Source: Candidatus Cloacimonadales bacterium (lineage in GTDB: Bacteria > Cloacimonadota > Cloacimonadia > Cloacimonadales > JAFGVF01). Taken from it: 64,000 nt of DNA. Each line of letters opens with the position of its first letter. The first letter of the stretch is position 1. The notes beneath the pieces were generated by a model, which was not told the DNA's origin, made no database searches, and saw nothing but the letters and a program-made list of their open reading frames with translations. Shown here one piece after another: positions 1 to 10,294 of this stretch. Where the stretch lies: the NCBI GenBank assembly GCA_963667035.1, contig OY762964.1:1408001-1472000 (forward strand). Direction: 5' to 3'. A program made the position numbers and the translations under genes.

Positions 1-218
1 CAAACCAAAGTTGGGCGGACGTGTCAATAGAATTCTTACACTTTTTATAAACTTTTTGCTTAGCTCAATCTTAACTGATTGATAATTGAAAAATTATCTC
101 TTCAAATTATTTCTATTAATTCAGGAAAAAGAGAAATGTGAGAAGTGTCAAATATGGACTAAAGTCACTCAAAATCGGTTTTGAGCTGAAATTCTCTGAA
201 TTTTTATATCTAAGAAAT

Positions 219-1181
219 CTATTCATTGATGTATTCCCATTCACTTTCTATCTCACCCACAGCATCCTCTCCTTCGAAAACTGTAACAACAACCTTATAT
301 TCTTTCTTCTTGTATGTTCTGAGAGCACTTTTAAGAACTTTCATTTTACGCTCTTGTTTTAACTGATAGCGAATTGTTCTGAATTGGTCCAAGATTATAC
401 CATCCGGTGTTTCTACAGTAATGAGGACAGTTAAATCTACAGCATCCTTTGACCCAAGATTAGTAAGTTCAAGGTCAATAGAGAGGTTAATACTAGGATT
501 TCTTGAATTTTCATAGTAGTTACCCTCCCACTTTGCTTCAATCTCAACAAACGGCTCATTTTTTAATGGGACAGGTATTCCTATCTGATCTGAGTATTCT
601 TCCGGAACTTCACCTAATCCCCAATTAATACCCGTAGTCTCCAAATAGTAGTAAGTCTTATCTTCAACTTCGTAGCTAGTGCCTTCATATCCTGATAAGT
701 TAATAGCCATTGCCATGTGATCTTTCATTTTTACAAGTATACAATCATATCCCATCTCTGTTAGAATAGCACATGCTAAAATAGCAGTATCTTCACAATC
801 TCCTCCCTTCTCATATAGAGTTTCAAAGGGAAAACGAGGGTACTCACCTACTCCTGTAGTAACTTCATCAGTTGTGTAAGGTAGTGATTGGATAAAAGCT
901 ATAACAAGATTAAGCTCGTTCTCTTTTGAAAGAAAATTTTTTCTTGAAAGCCTATGCATGGAGTTAGCAAAACTTTGAATAAGCTTGTCATCGAAAGTAT
1001 CCGTAGCATAGAATGCATAATCTCTGTTTCTGGATCGACCTCTGTAAAAATCATACATATCTTCAGGGAAACTTGCTTCAAGGGTATATTTGTCTCCCTT
1101 GAACTCCCAATGAAAGAATTCGGTCTTAGCTTCTAATAATAAGCCTATAATTAAGAAAAGTAACAATAATATTCGTTTCAT
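219..1181 (-). CDS. Secreted transglutaminase-like (cysteine protease fold) protein
   Basis: Signal peptide; GDCEDTAIL, DHMA and YYLETT motifs suggest a Cys-His-Glu triad. Confidence 0.7.
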   Translation of the reverse strand: MKRILLLLFLIIGLLLEAKTEFFHWEFKGDKYTLEASFPEDMYDFYRGRSRNRDYAFYATDTFDDKLIQSFANSMHRLSRKNFLSKENELNLVIAFIQSLPYTTDEVTTGVGEYPRFPFETLYEKGGDCEDTAILACAILTEMGYDCILVKMKDHMAMAINLSGYEGTSYEVEDKTYYYLETTGINWGLGEVPEEYSDQIGIPVPLKNEPFVEIEAKWEGNYYENSRNPSINLSIDLELTNLGSKDAVDLTVLITVETPDGIILDQFRTIRYQLKQERKMKVLKSALRTYKKKEYKVVVTVFEGEDAVGEIESEWEYINE

Positions 1182-1191
1182 AGTAATAGTA

Positions 1192-1215
1192 AAGGGCTGT
1201 ATAATTACAGCCCTT
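1192..1215 (-). terminator. Hairpin after pgk
   Basis: aagggctgta-taat-tacagccctt perfect stem. Confidence 0.6.
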
Positions 1216-1225
1216 GATATATAGT

Positions 1226-2524
1226 TTATTGTTTCTTCCGGTTCTCTATAAGGGCTTGAACCGGTTCCATTCCATAGGCTGAACCTTGTTCGATCGAATT
1301 CAAGACTGCACCACCTCCTGTATAGAAGTAATAGTCTGATCTTTCTACAGCTTTCAGATATGTTTCATAATTCAGAGCTTTAAACTCCTGAAGTGTGTCA
1401 CCACCACCAAAAGTCTTCATTGCATGATCATTCATTGCAACTAAATCATACATTCTTTGAGTACCATCAACAAAGTCAGGCATGAAACCCATAACAGCAT
1501 TTACAAAGAACATATTCGCTCTACTAAATACTTCTTTAACATGCCTAAGCTCCCAACTCTCCCATGAAATATCCAGAACATAATTTAACTTTGTACCCGG
1601 TTTCAAGTCATGCAAGAAATGGGTCCTATACTGACCCGGAATCTTACCATCCAATGTATCTGATTCAACAATATAAGGAAGTTCCACAATACGCTGAGGA
1701 AACTCCTTTGCTCGTTTAAGGAATTCTCTGGCAAATTTCATATCTGTTTCGGTAATGCCTTTTATCTCAATGTCATATTTTGCACAAAGATAGGCATTAT
1801 ATATCACACCACCGAGAATGAGGTAATCGACTAACTCGAGTAACTGATTCATCGGTTTTATCTTAGTATCAAACTTAGCACCCGCTACTATACCTACAAA
1901 AGGTCTTTTTGGTTGGAATAACTCTCTTAAATGGAAAATCTCTTTTTGCATTAGCATACCGGAATAGCTGGGAAGGTATTTAGTTATGAGTTCAGTCGAA
2001 GCATGAGGTTGCCATGAGCCAAAGGCATCATTAACATAAACATCGGCTAGCTTTGAAAGTGCTTCAGCAAGTATGGTAGTATCCTCATCATTGCTCTCTT
2101 CCCCTCTGAACCATCTTGTGTTAGGAAGATAAATTATGTCTATCTTACCTGATTTCAAATCGCTGACCATCTGATGACAAACTTCATCAACAACTTCTAT
2201 TCCGTTGTCATTTCTTTTATACCATTCCGGTATAACAACTCTAACATTCAACTTAGATTTCAAATACTCAACAATCGGTTCTATTGAATCGTCATTCGAA
2301 ACTGTAATAACACCGGTTTTCTTATTTCTCGGACGACCATTATGGGTCATTAAAATAAGCTTTCCGCCTCTGAGTACAATGTTAAAGAGTGTAGGAATCG
2401 TGGCATCAATACGTTCAGTATCTTTTATTATCCCTTTTTTTACGACATTATGGTCAACTCTGACCAATACTACTTTACCTTTTAGGTCGGCATCCTGCAC
2501 TTTGGGAAGTAGTGAGTAATCCAT
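1226..2524 (-). CDS. pgk: Phosphoglycerate kinase
   Basis: VLVRVDHNV, THNGRP, YVNDAFG, GGGDT and TGGGA motifs. Confidence 0.93.
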   Translation of the reverse strand: MDYSLLPKVQDADLKGKVVLVRVDHNVVKKGIIKDTERIDATIPTLFNIVLRGGKLILMTHNGRPRNKKTGVITVSNDDSIEPIVEYLKSKLNVRVVIPEWYKRNDNGIEVVDEVCHQMVSDLKSGKIDIIYLPNTRWFRGEESNDEDTTILAEALSKLADVYVNDAFGSWQPHASTELITKYLPSYSGMLMQKEIFHLRELFQPKRPFVGIVAGAKFDTKIKPMNQLLELVDYLILGGVIYNAYLCAKYDIEIKGITETDMKFAREFLKRAKEFPQRIVELPYIVESDTLDGKIPGQYRTHFLHDLKPGTKLNYVLDISWESWELRHVKEVFSRANMFFVNAVMGFMPDFVDGTQRMYDLVAMNDHAMKTFGGGDTLQEFKALNYETYLKAVERSDYYFYTGGGAVLNSIEQGSAYGMEPVQALIENRKKQ

Positions 2525-2545
2525 TAATCCTCCTGATTAAGCCCT

Positions 2546-3460
2546 TTATTTATTTTTTACATTAACTAATTCGGTAGCCACTCTACACCCTAATTTAACA
2601 TTGTTCTTGATTAGCTCTATATTTGTTTTGAGTGATTTACCACCTGTCATTTCAACAAGCTTTGATAACAAGAATGGAGTAATATCCTTTCCTGTAATTT
2701 TCTTATGGTCTGCTTCCTTGAGAGCATGACCTATTTTTTCTTCCATCACGTAATTCGGGATTTCATGTTCAACCGGAATCGGATTAGCTATAAGCATTCC
2801 GTTCCAAAGATTCAACTCCTCTTGAATCTTGTATAAACTGACAATGTCAGAACTGGATTCTATCCTGCGTATTTTGTATCTGCTTTTACTACTATAGAAA
2901 GCAGGAAAATAATCTGTCTTATATCCTAATACCGGAACGGATAATGTTTCTAACGATTCCAAAGTCTTACCTAAATCCAGAATAGCTTTTGCTCCGGCTG
3001 ATACAACAATCACAGGATATTTCGAAAATGCCATTATATCAGAAGAAATATCCATCGTCTTCTCAGCATTTCTATGAACCCCTCCAATGCCACCTGTAGC
3101 AAAAACTTTGATTCCGGCCTTCCAAGCTATGAACATAGTGGCTGCAACTGTTGTACCACCTGTTAACTTACCGTTTATAGCATATACTATATCTTTTTGA
3201 GATATCTTTTCCTGCTTATCGGAATGAGTAAGCAAATCGAAATCTTTATCTGTCATTCCAACTTTTATAACACCATTAAGAACACATATTGTAGCCGGAA
3301 TCACGTGATGGTGTCTAACTATAGCTTCGAGTTCTTTAGCTGTCTCAAGATTCTCCGGATATGGCATTCCATGTGTAATAACAGTCGATTCTAATGCTAA
3401 AATCGGGATATTGTTTTTTAATCCGTATTCAACTTCCGGAGACAAATCAAAGTGTATCAT
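2546..3460 (-). CDS. psuG: Pseudouridine-5'-phosphate glycosidase
   Basis: ALESTVITHGMPYPEN, FATGGIGGVHR, GKDITPFLL. Confidence 0.95.
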   Translation of the reverse strand: MIHFDLSPEVEYGLKNNIPILALESTVITHGMPYPENLETAKELEAIVRHHHVIPATICVLNGVIKVGMTDKDFDLLTHSDKQEKISQKDIVYAINGKLTGGTTVAATMFIAWKAGIKVFATGGIGGVHRNAEKTMDISSDIMAFSKYPVIVVSAGAKAILDLGKTLESLETLSVPVLGYKTDYFPAFYSSKSRYKIRRIESSSDIVSLYKIQEELNLWNGMLIANPIPVEHEIPNYVMEEKIGHALKEADHKKITGKDITPFLLSKLVEMTGGKSLKTNIELIKNNVKLGCRVATELVNVKNK

Positions 3461-3885
3461 TTCCCCTCCTTTACAATTGTAACAGCAGCTTCAATCACTC
3501 CATCATTTATACCTCCGAGTTTTCGCATAGCTGCATAAGATAAATCGATGTCTCTACCATCTACGTATGGACCTCTGTCATTTACTCTAACATTGATTGA
3601 ACGATTGTTTTTAAGATTGGTAACCTTAAGGATTGTATTGAAAGGTAAAGTTTTGTGGGCACATGAAATTTTGTACATATTGAAGACTTCGCCATTAGCA
3701 GTTCTTCTTCCATGAAATTTCTTACCGTAATAACTACATTTCCATGTATTAGTCTTTTTTTTTAGCTTCGGTTTACTAACTTTGTCAGATTTATATTCTT
3801 GATAAGGATGATATCCTGATTGTGGAACTTGATAGCATCCTGCAATCAACAAAAAAACAAAAGCAAATAAAAATAAACGTCTCAT
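3457..3885 (-). CDS. rlpA: RlpA-family septal lytic transglycosylase lipoprotein
   Basis: Lipobox IAGC; SYYGKKFHGRRTANGE, AHKTLPF, VNDRGP; start moved to MRRL after GAGG. Confidence 0.9.
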   Translation of the reverse strand: MRRLFLFAFVFLLIAGCYQVPQSGYHPYQEYKSDKVSKPKLKKKTNTWKCSYYGKKFHGRRTANGEVFNMYKISCAHKTLPFNTILKVTNLKNNRSINVRVNDRGPYVDGRDIDLSYAAMRKLGGINDGVIEAAVTIVKEGK

Positions 3886-3898
3886 AACACCTCTAAAT

Positions 3899-5269
3899 CT
3901 AGAATTGATGCTTACCACATAACATCTCGGTTGATAAAGGATACTTATCCTTCAGTATATTGATAATATTATCGGATAGCTCTCTTATCTCCCACTGAGC
4001 ATGTTTATCACTTCTCAATCTGGCAAAATGATAGAATTCTCTCATGTTAAATGTCAAGAGAACTCTTAGTTTATTAGCATTCATTAAAATATAGTTACCA
4101 AGTAATGGATTTATTTTCTTCATTCGATTATACAAAGAATATGTTTTTGATTGTAATAGGTCAAGAGCTTTATAATCGATTAAATCTTTTAGAAGTTCCG
4201 GAATAACGAGTCCTAATTCCGGAGAATAATCTGTTCTCAGTATAGTACTCATTCGATGTCTTTTAAGCTGAGCAAAGCATGACGCAGAAATCACTATTTC
4301 AAAGCTTGCATGAGCTGTCTCAAAAGCACGAGGTACTGAGTGATAACTTTTCATATTTTCAAAAGCCTTTGTAAACCACTTTTCTTTCTCTTCTTTTGTC
4401 ATGCTCATCACATATTCATTTAAACTAGACCAGTCCATTCCCGAATGCTCATATAATAATGAAGCGAGGATTGTATTATCTCCATTTACATCATATTCAA
4501 GAAGTTTGATTTCATCTTGATTGATTTCTTTATCAATAGATACAGACAGAATCTGAGATTCATAAGTATCTGTATTAGTATACTTGATAATTGAAGGTGC
4601 TATGTGCTTAACTTGAGCAAGAATTTTCTCTCTTATCTGTTTGGCTTCTTCCAATCCTGTTTTATCTAATCTTCGTAATAGTCTCTCTAAGTTTCTTGCA
4701 TTAATCGTCATACCCATCTGAGTTTCTGTAGCTAATGCCAAGAAATATCTCGCATCTTCTTTAGCTCTCGACTGTAAATCTCTCTTGGCCCCATCAAAGC
4801 CATTGTTTTCTAAAATCTGTTTAGCTTTATAATACAAATCTTTGTAAAGATCCACTTGTAGATCAATAACTTCATGAAAGTCTTTTTCTATATCAGTACC
4901 AACAATCTCTTTAGGTGTATGATAGTCACCTTTAAGAGTTACATATCGTTGTGATTTCTCTGTGAATGAAGCTAATCTACTTTTCTGTATGAATTCGGTA
5001 ATGTATCTTGAAACACCAATAAGGTCAAAATTAAATACAGCATGCTCAGCAATAGAACTGTGTCCCATTTCAAATAAGATAGTTTCATTGGAAGCACGTG
5101 TTTTATCTATTTCCACTTGTGCTTCTTCTCTTAGGGCTGATACATCTTTTTTGCTTCTGCTGATTCTTGCGTATGCTGCGGAAATAACTTCCGGTGTTGC
5201 TAGGGTTTGATTGGGAATCTGTTTAATCAATTTTTCATCAACATTAAATCCAGCTAGAACTATTTTCAT
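3899..5269 (-). CDS. thyX: FAD-dependent thymidylate synthase, tandem two-domain form
   Basis: GHSSIAEH, SFTEKSQRY, KEDARY in domain 1; QLKRHR and HAQWEIR in domain 2. Confidence 0.88.
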   Translation of the reverse strand: MKIVLAGFNVDEKLIKQIPNQTLATPEVISAAYARISRSKKDVSALREEAQVEIDKTRASNETILFEMGHSSIAEHAVFNFDLIGVSRYITEFIQKSRLASFTEKSQRYVTLKGDYHTPKEIVGTDIEKDFHEVIDLQVDLYKDLYYKAKQILENNGFDGAKRDLQSRAKEDARYFLALATETQMGMTINARNLERLLRRLDKTGLEEAKQIREKILAQVKHIAPSIIKYTNTDTYESQILSVSIDKEINQDEIKLLEYDVNGDNTILASLLYEHSGMDWSSLNEYVMSMTKEEKEKWFTKAFENMKSYHSVPRAFETAHASFEIVISASCFAQLKRHRMSTILRTDYSPELGLVIPELLKDLIDYKALDLLQSKTYSLYNRMKKINPLLGNYILMNANKLRVLLTFNMREFYHFARLRSDKHAQWEIRELSDNIINILKDKYPLSTEMLCGKHQF

Positions 5270-5280
5270 TATACTTAACT

Positions 5281-6063
5281 CTATCCTTTTATAATGCTTA
5301 TACTGCTACTGGCACCAATTCTGTTTGCACCTGCTTTCAGCATAGCAAGAGCTGTTTCTCTAGTTCTTACTCCTCCGGAAGCCTTTACTCCAAGCTTGGG
5401 ACCAACAACTTTCCTCATTAATTCAATGTCTTCGACTTTTGCTCCACCGATACTAAATCCGGTAGAAGTCTTTACAAAATGGGCATTAGCTTTCTTAGAT
5501 AAGAGACAGGCAATGACTTTTTCTTCGTCAGTTAGAAGACAAGTCTCAATTATAACTTTTAAAGTAATATTCTCTGCATTACAAACATCCGATACTGCTT
5601 TAATATCACTTAGAACCATGTCATATTTCTTAGATTTCAGCCAACCTACATTAATCACCATGTCTATTTCATTAGCTCCGTCTCTAATTGCTTTCCAGGC
5701 CTCTTGTGCCTTTATTTCAGACGATGATTGTCCTAAAGGAAAACCAACTACACAGCATAAATCTACTGTCGGTAGATGTTTTTTTGCTAAAGAGGCGTTA
5801 ACCGGATTTACGCATACTGAACGGAACTTAAATTCTTCAGCTTGAGTACAGATATCAATAATCTCATTATCTGAAGCATCTGCTTTCAGTATCGTATGAT
5901 CAATATATTGAGCCAAATTGTTTAAATCATCCGGCAATTGGTCAGGAATATCTTTATGATCAACATTAACATCCAATGAAAACCTGTGGGCTCCACCTGA
6001 GGGAGAAACAATTTCATTCTCGGGATTGAATAGCTCTTTTGCAATTTTTTCAATATCTATCAT
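5281..6063 (-). CDS. deoC: Deoxyribose-phosphate aldolase
   Basis: IDHTIL, VVGFPLG, EIDMV, FVKTSTGF, GVKASGG, RIGASS; start after AGGAG. Confidence 0.95.
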   Translation of the reverse strand: MIDIEKIAKELFNPENEIVSPSGGAHRFSLDVNVDHKDIPDQLPDDLNNLAQYIDHTILKADASDNEIIDICTQAEEFKFRSVCVNPVNASLAKKHLPTVDLCCVVGFPLGQSSSEIKAQEAWKAIRDGANEIDMVINVGWLKSKKYDMVLSDIKAVSDVCNAENITLKVIIETCLLTDEEKVIACLLSKKANAHFVKTSTGFSIGGAKVEDIELMRKVVGPKLGVKASGGVRTRETALAMLKAGANRIGASSSISIIKG

Positions 6064-6071
6064 ATTAACTC

Positions 6072-7103
6072 CTAATAATTTGTTCTGGCTAATTGACCAC
6101 AAGCTGCCGCTATGTCATCTCCCCTACTATTACGTAGAGTTACAGCTTTATTTACTTTCATTATTGCATTTTTAAATCTTTCTACTTCTATTTGGGAAGG
6201 ACTATCATAAGGTAAAGCCTCAATTCTATTCCATGCAATCAGATTAATCTTACAAGAGAGATCACCAGCGAATTTAATCAAAGCCTTGATGTCCTCTCTA
6301 TCCATATTGTACTCTTTTATCAATACATATTCAAGAGTTACTCTGAAAGTTGATTTGGATAAATAATACTTTAATGCCTCTTTTAACTCTGTAAGATTGT
6401 ATTTTTTATTGATTGGCATAAGTATATTACGTTTACTATCGATAGCTGCGTTCAATGAGACAGCAAGCTTAGCTTTTATCCCGGAATCAGCCAACTCTTT
6501 AATTTTATCTACTATACCACAAGTGGAAACTGTTGTTCTTCTAGGGCTGAATCCCAAAGTATCGGTATCAGCAAGAATTGTTAAACTTTTAACTAAGTTC
6601 TGATAATTGTCCAGTGGTTCACCCATTCCCATGAAAACTATATTAGTTAGTTTGTTAGGCAAACTAAGCTTCTTAGCCAAAACAATCTGGCCGATTATCT
6701 CATCAACAGTTAAGTTTCTTCTTAAGCCCAGTTTTCCTGTAGCACAGAACAGACAATCTCTGGCACAGCCAACTTGAGATGAAAGACAAAGAGTAACTTT
6801 ATCCTCAGAAGGCATGAGAACCATTTCAATTTTACTTTTATCTGTTAATTGTAATAAATACTTAACTGAGCCGTCTTTTGATCTAGCCTCTTTTACAACT
6901 TTAGGGAGAGAAAAGCTAAATTTACTCTTTAATGATTCACGATAGTCTTTTGAAAGATTCGTCATGTTGTCAGGATTGTTCTCTAATTTGTTGTAAAGCC
7001 AATCAAGCAATTGCTTGACTCTGTACTTCTTAACGTCTCCAATAACTAATTGACTAAATAATTCTTCAGCTGTTAAGCTGAAGACATTAGTTTTCTCTGA
7101 CAT
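6072..7103 (-). CDS. rlmN: 23S rRNA/tRNA m2A radical SAM methyltransferase
   Basis: SSQVGCARDCLFCATG, MGMGEPL, AACGQL. Confidence 0.95.
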   Translation of the reverse strand: MSEKTNVFSLTAEELFSQLVIGDVKKYRVKQLLDWLYNKLENNPDNMTNLSKDYRESLKSKFSFSLPKVVKEARSKDGSVKYLLQLTDKSKIEMVLMPSEDKVTLCLSSQVGCARDCLFCATGKLGLRRNLTVDEIIGQIVLAKKLSLPNKLTNIVFMGMGEPLDNYQNLVKSLTILADTDTLGFSPRRTTVSTCGIVDKIKELADSGIKAKLAVSLNAAIDSKRNILMPINKKYNLTELKEALKYYLSKSTFRVTLEYVLIKEYNMDREDIKALIKFAGDLSCKINLIAWNRIEALPYDSPSQIEVERFKNAIMKVNKAVTLRNSRGDDIAAACGQLARTNY

Positions 7104-7926
7104 AGTTACTTCGAATCTTTTTAAGCTTGTTAAAATCTTCTAGTGATACAGATTCTATCAACTCATCCTCATTTGCAAGAAAGATTGTTTTGTTGTAATA
7201 ATCGCATCTGAAGACATACATTTTGTCTTTGTTAAAAATCACACCTTGTCCAACTTCAGGGAAGTCTTTAGCCTGCTCCAAGTAAAAGTCTTCTTCAAAG
7301 TGTAAACAACATAGTAGTCTTCCACATGGACCTGATATCTTAGAGAGATTCCCTGACAAATTCTGATCTTTTGCCATCTTTATCGTTACTTGATTGAATC
7401 TTTTCATAAAAGTAGAACAACAATATGCTTTACCACACATACCGAATCCACCGATTCGCTTAGCTTCTTCCCTTCCGGTTGTCTGGTGTAACTCTATTCT
7501 TGTTTTAAATGAGTTTGCTAATTCTCTAACAAACATCCTGAAATCTATTCTACCGGGAGCTGTGAAAAAGAAAGTAAGTTTATTTCCATCAAACTGATAA
7601 ACGGTTCCAATCAATTTCATTTCGAAATCGTATCTGGGAAGTATTGATAAGAATGTTTCAGTGGCTTTCTCTTCTTTGCTTTCGATGTTTTGTAGTTTCT
7701 CTATGTCTTCGTCAGTTGCTAACCTAACTAACTTGGGCTCTGTTTGACTTTCATAGATTGCATCAATATCTTCTCCGGCTATTGATGTACTAATGACTTT
7801 GGCTATATCATGACCTCTATCAACAGTAACTATTACCCAATCATCGGGATTCAATTCCATGTCCTCGCTCAATATATAATATCCCAAGCGATTATTACGA
7901 TACTCAACTTCTATATAGTCTTGCAT
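7087..7926 (-). CDS. ricT: PSP1-domain RicT/YaaT Fe-S protein
   Basis: FFTAPGRIDFR, GMCGKAYCCS, KISGPCGRLLCCL. Confidence 0.88.
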   Translation of the reverse strand: MQDYIEVEYRNNRLGYYILSEDMELNPDDWVIVTVDRGHDIAKVISTSIAGEDIDAIYESQTEPKLVRLATDEDIEKLQNIESKEEKATETFLSILPRYDFEMKLIGTVYQFDGNKLTFFFTAPGRIDFRMFVRELANSFKTRIELHQTTGREEAKRIGGFGMCGKAYCCSTFMKRFNQVTIKMAKDQNLSGNLSKISGPCGRLLCCLHFEEDFYLEQAKDFPEVGQGVIFNKDKMYVFRCDYYNKTIFLANEDELIESVSLEDFNKLKKIRSNYVREN

Positions 7927-9137
7927 TACTTTTGTTCCTTTATTATGTTTTTATATATCTCCTTCTCTATTTCAGATAGAGAAAGATCACGTCTTTTTTT
8001 AACAACATCTGCAGTTTCACAGAATTTATCTATTCTATAGTCCACAAGATGGTTACACTCTCCCCACATAAAAGAAGGGATATAACCATCGATCAAATCT
8101 TTTCCGAATAGATTCGAGCCAATTCCTATCACGGTTCCAGTATTTATACTACAGTTTATACCAATCTTGGAATGGTCACCGATAATACATCCCAAGAATT
8201 GACTTCCCGAATCAATCTTTTCTCCAGAACTGTAATTATACACTTTTACATTCTTGTATGTGTTCTTAAGGTCACTATTGGAAGTCCCTGCACCCAGATT
8301 AACCCATTCTCCTAAATAAGCATGTCCGAGAAATCCGTCATGCTGTTTATTTGAGTAAGCTTGAATTATTGTTTCTTCAACCTCACCGCCAATTTTGCAT
8401 ACAGGACCAATAGAAGTACCTTCATAGATCTTTGCACCCACTTTAATCCGGCTCTTCTTACCAATATAGCAAGGACCTTCAATGAAAGTGTTCGCCATTA
8501 TTATTGCATCCTCATCTATCACAACCGGACCAGAAGTTGCATCTATAACACAATTCACTCCAAGCTTAGTTCCTTCACCAATCCATACACTATAGGGATT
8601 CAGAACTGTAACACCGGTTTCAGTCTCAAAGAAATTATCATTGTCATAGAAGAACTCATTAAAATCATTTGTTATCATCTCTCCATTAAAATGAATCAGT
8701 TCAAAAATATAATCCCATGTTTTGATACTTGTCTCTTTAAAACTTACATTTCTTGAAACTTCATCAATAGTTTCTGATGAACATTCTCTGGTTTCGATAT
8801 TAGCCTTAAAGGCATAAATTGTGTTTCCGTTATTTAATCCCTCCCCGGCTACCAACTTTGATGTGAGAACTATAAACTCTTTGTTTATTCTAACTCTTGA
8901 ATTAACAAAAAGACATTCTCCTGAAGGGATTGAATTAATGTTCCAATCTGAATGTCGATCCTTGTACAAAGATACCAATTTACCAGAAACTATAATATTA
9001 GTATCTTCAGCATCAAAATATGCTCTTATTCTTTGTCCAAGTTTTAAAATGCCAACTCTCAAATCACTTATAGCTCTATTTAAAGTAAGAGGATAAAAAT
9101 CTACTGTTTTATTGTCATCAAAAATTATAATTTGCAT
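7926..9137 (-). CDS. GlmU-like putative sugar nucleotidyltransferase with hexapeptide repeats
   Basis: FYPLTLNRAISDLRVG N-terminus; NKQHDGFLGHAYLGEWVNLGAGT left-handed beta-helix. Confidence 0.85.
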   Translation of the reverse strand: MQIIIFDDNKTVDFYPLTLNRAISDLRVGILKLGQRIRAYFDAEDTNIIVSGKLVSLYKDRHSDWNINSIPSGECLFVNSRVRINKEFIVLTSKLVAGEGLNNGNTIYAFKANIETRECSSETIDEVSRNVSFKETSIKTWDYIFELIHFNGEMITNDFNEFFYDNDNFFETETGVTVLNPYSVWIGEGTKLGVNCVIDATSGPVVIDEDAIIMANTFIEGPCYIGKKSRIKVGAKIYEGTSIGPVCKIGGEVEETIIQAYSNKQHDGFLGHAYLGEWVNLGAGTSNSDLKNTYKNVKVYNYSSGEKIDSGSQFLGCIIGDHSKIGINCSINTGTVIGIGSNLFGKDLIDGYIPSFMWGECNHLVDYRIDKFCETADVVKKRRDLSLSEIEKEIYKNIIKEQK

Positions 9138-9139
9138 GT

Positions 9140-10294
9140 TTATGTTCTCTTCAGTCTTGTAACCTTATTGGGTTTCTTTCCATACCATTCGAACAAGTTT
9201 AAATAACCCATTGGAACCGTAATAATATATAACAATGGCATCATAATTGCCCAGATTGGATAAAATAGCAATCTACTTCTTTTAACGTTCAAGTATTTAA
9301 AGCTAACCAAGAAGAGAGAAATCTCAATAAAAGTTCTCACTGCAACTTGGATTAAGGCGTACTTCCAGTTTAGAAAGAATAAAACGAAACCGGCAGTGTA
9401 ATATACCATGACTGCTGTGATTGACCAAAAAAAGAAAGGTCTCAAGATGGCTTGCCATTTCACATTCCAAGCCCATCGACTTCTTTGGTTCAACAGTTGT
9501 TTCCAACCAACAATCCTCGCTGTCTTAACAAAACTTGCTTTATCGAAATTGAATACATTTTTCAATCCGGCTTTCTTCATTATCTGCATGAGGTTGACAT
9601 CATCACCTGAGATAAGGTGTTTAATCTGCTCAAAGCCTCCAACTTTATCGAAAGCTTCTCTAGTATATGCCAGGTTCTGTCCAATACATGTATACCCTTC
9701 ACCCAATGCATAAGAACCAATTACAGCAGAGTATAGGGCTGCAAAATCATAATATTCAAATTTATGTAACAATGAAGCTTTATGCCAGTCCGGAAGATCA
9801 ATCTCTGAATATCCGGCAACTAATGAAACGTCTTTATCGTAGAATGCAGATACCATTGATTCAATCCATGTTGGAGGTACAATGCAATCCGCATCAGTAG
9901 TTAGGATGATTTCTCCTTTTGAAATAGATATTGCATTACTTAAAGCATTCTTTTTAGGTGATATAACTTCAGCCCTATTGTTTACTTCCAAAAGTTTTAT
10001 GTATGAATAACGAGAAGAATATTCTCTAATAATCTTTCTGGAATTATCTTCTGACAAATCATCGGCAATTATCACTTCAAATAAATCTGTGGGGTACGTC
10101 TGATTTACCAATGAGGTTAATAGTTTTCTTAGATTCTTGGATTCATTTCTTGCTGCAATGCAAACGGAAACAGTTTTCTTTTCATAGCTTTTGCGTATTT
10201 TAAGTTTCATTAAACTTGAAATAAAGAAGTAACCTAAAACCAGGTATATAACACACCCGATAATAAGGATTGAAAGCACAATATTCACAAACAT
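9140..10294 (-). CDS. GT2 membrane glycosyltransferase
   Basis: AARNE, DDLSED, TDAD, GDD and QRSRW motifs; TM ends. Confidence 0.9.
   Translation of the reverse strand: MFVNIVLSILIIGCVIYLVLGYFFISSLMKLKIRKSYEKKTVSVCIAARNESKNLRKLLTSLVNQTYPTDLFEVIIADDLSEDNSRKIIREYSSRYSYIKLLEVNNRAEVISPKKNALSNAISISKGEIILTTDADCIVPPTWIESMVSAFYDKDVSLVAGYSEIDLPDWHKASLLHKFEYYDFAALYSAVIGSYALGEGYTCIGQNLAYTREAFDKVGGFEQIKHLISGDDVNLMQIMKKAGLKNVFNFDKASFVKTARIVGWKQLLNQRSRWAWNVKWQAILRPFFFWSITAVMVYYTAGFVLFFLNWKYALIQVAVRTFIEISLFLVSFKYLNVKRSRLLFYPIWAIMMPLLYIITVPMGYLNLFEWYGKKPNKVTRLKRT

Noticed and set aside
5294..5845. 183-aa plus-strand ORF and other short antisense or nested ORFs in the track
   Set aside because: Shadows of well-supported genes on the other strand or frame
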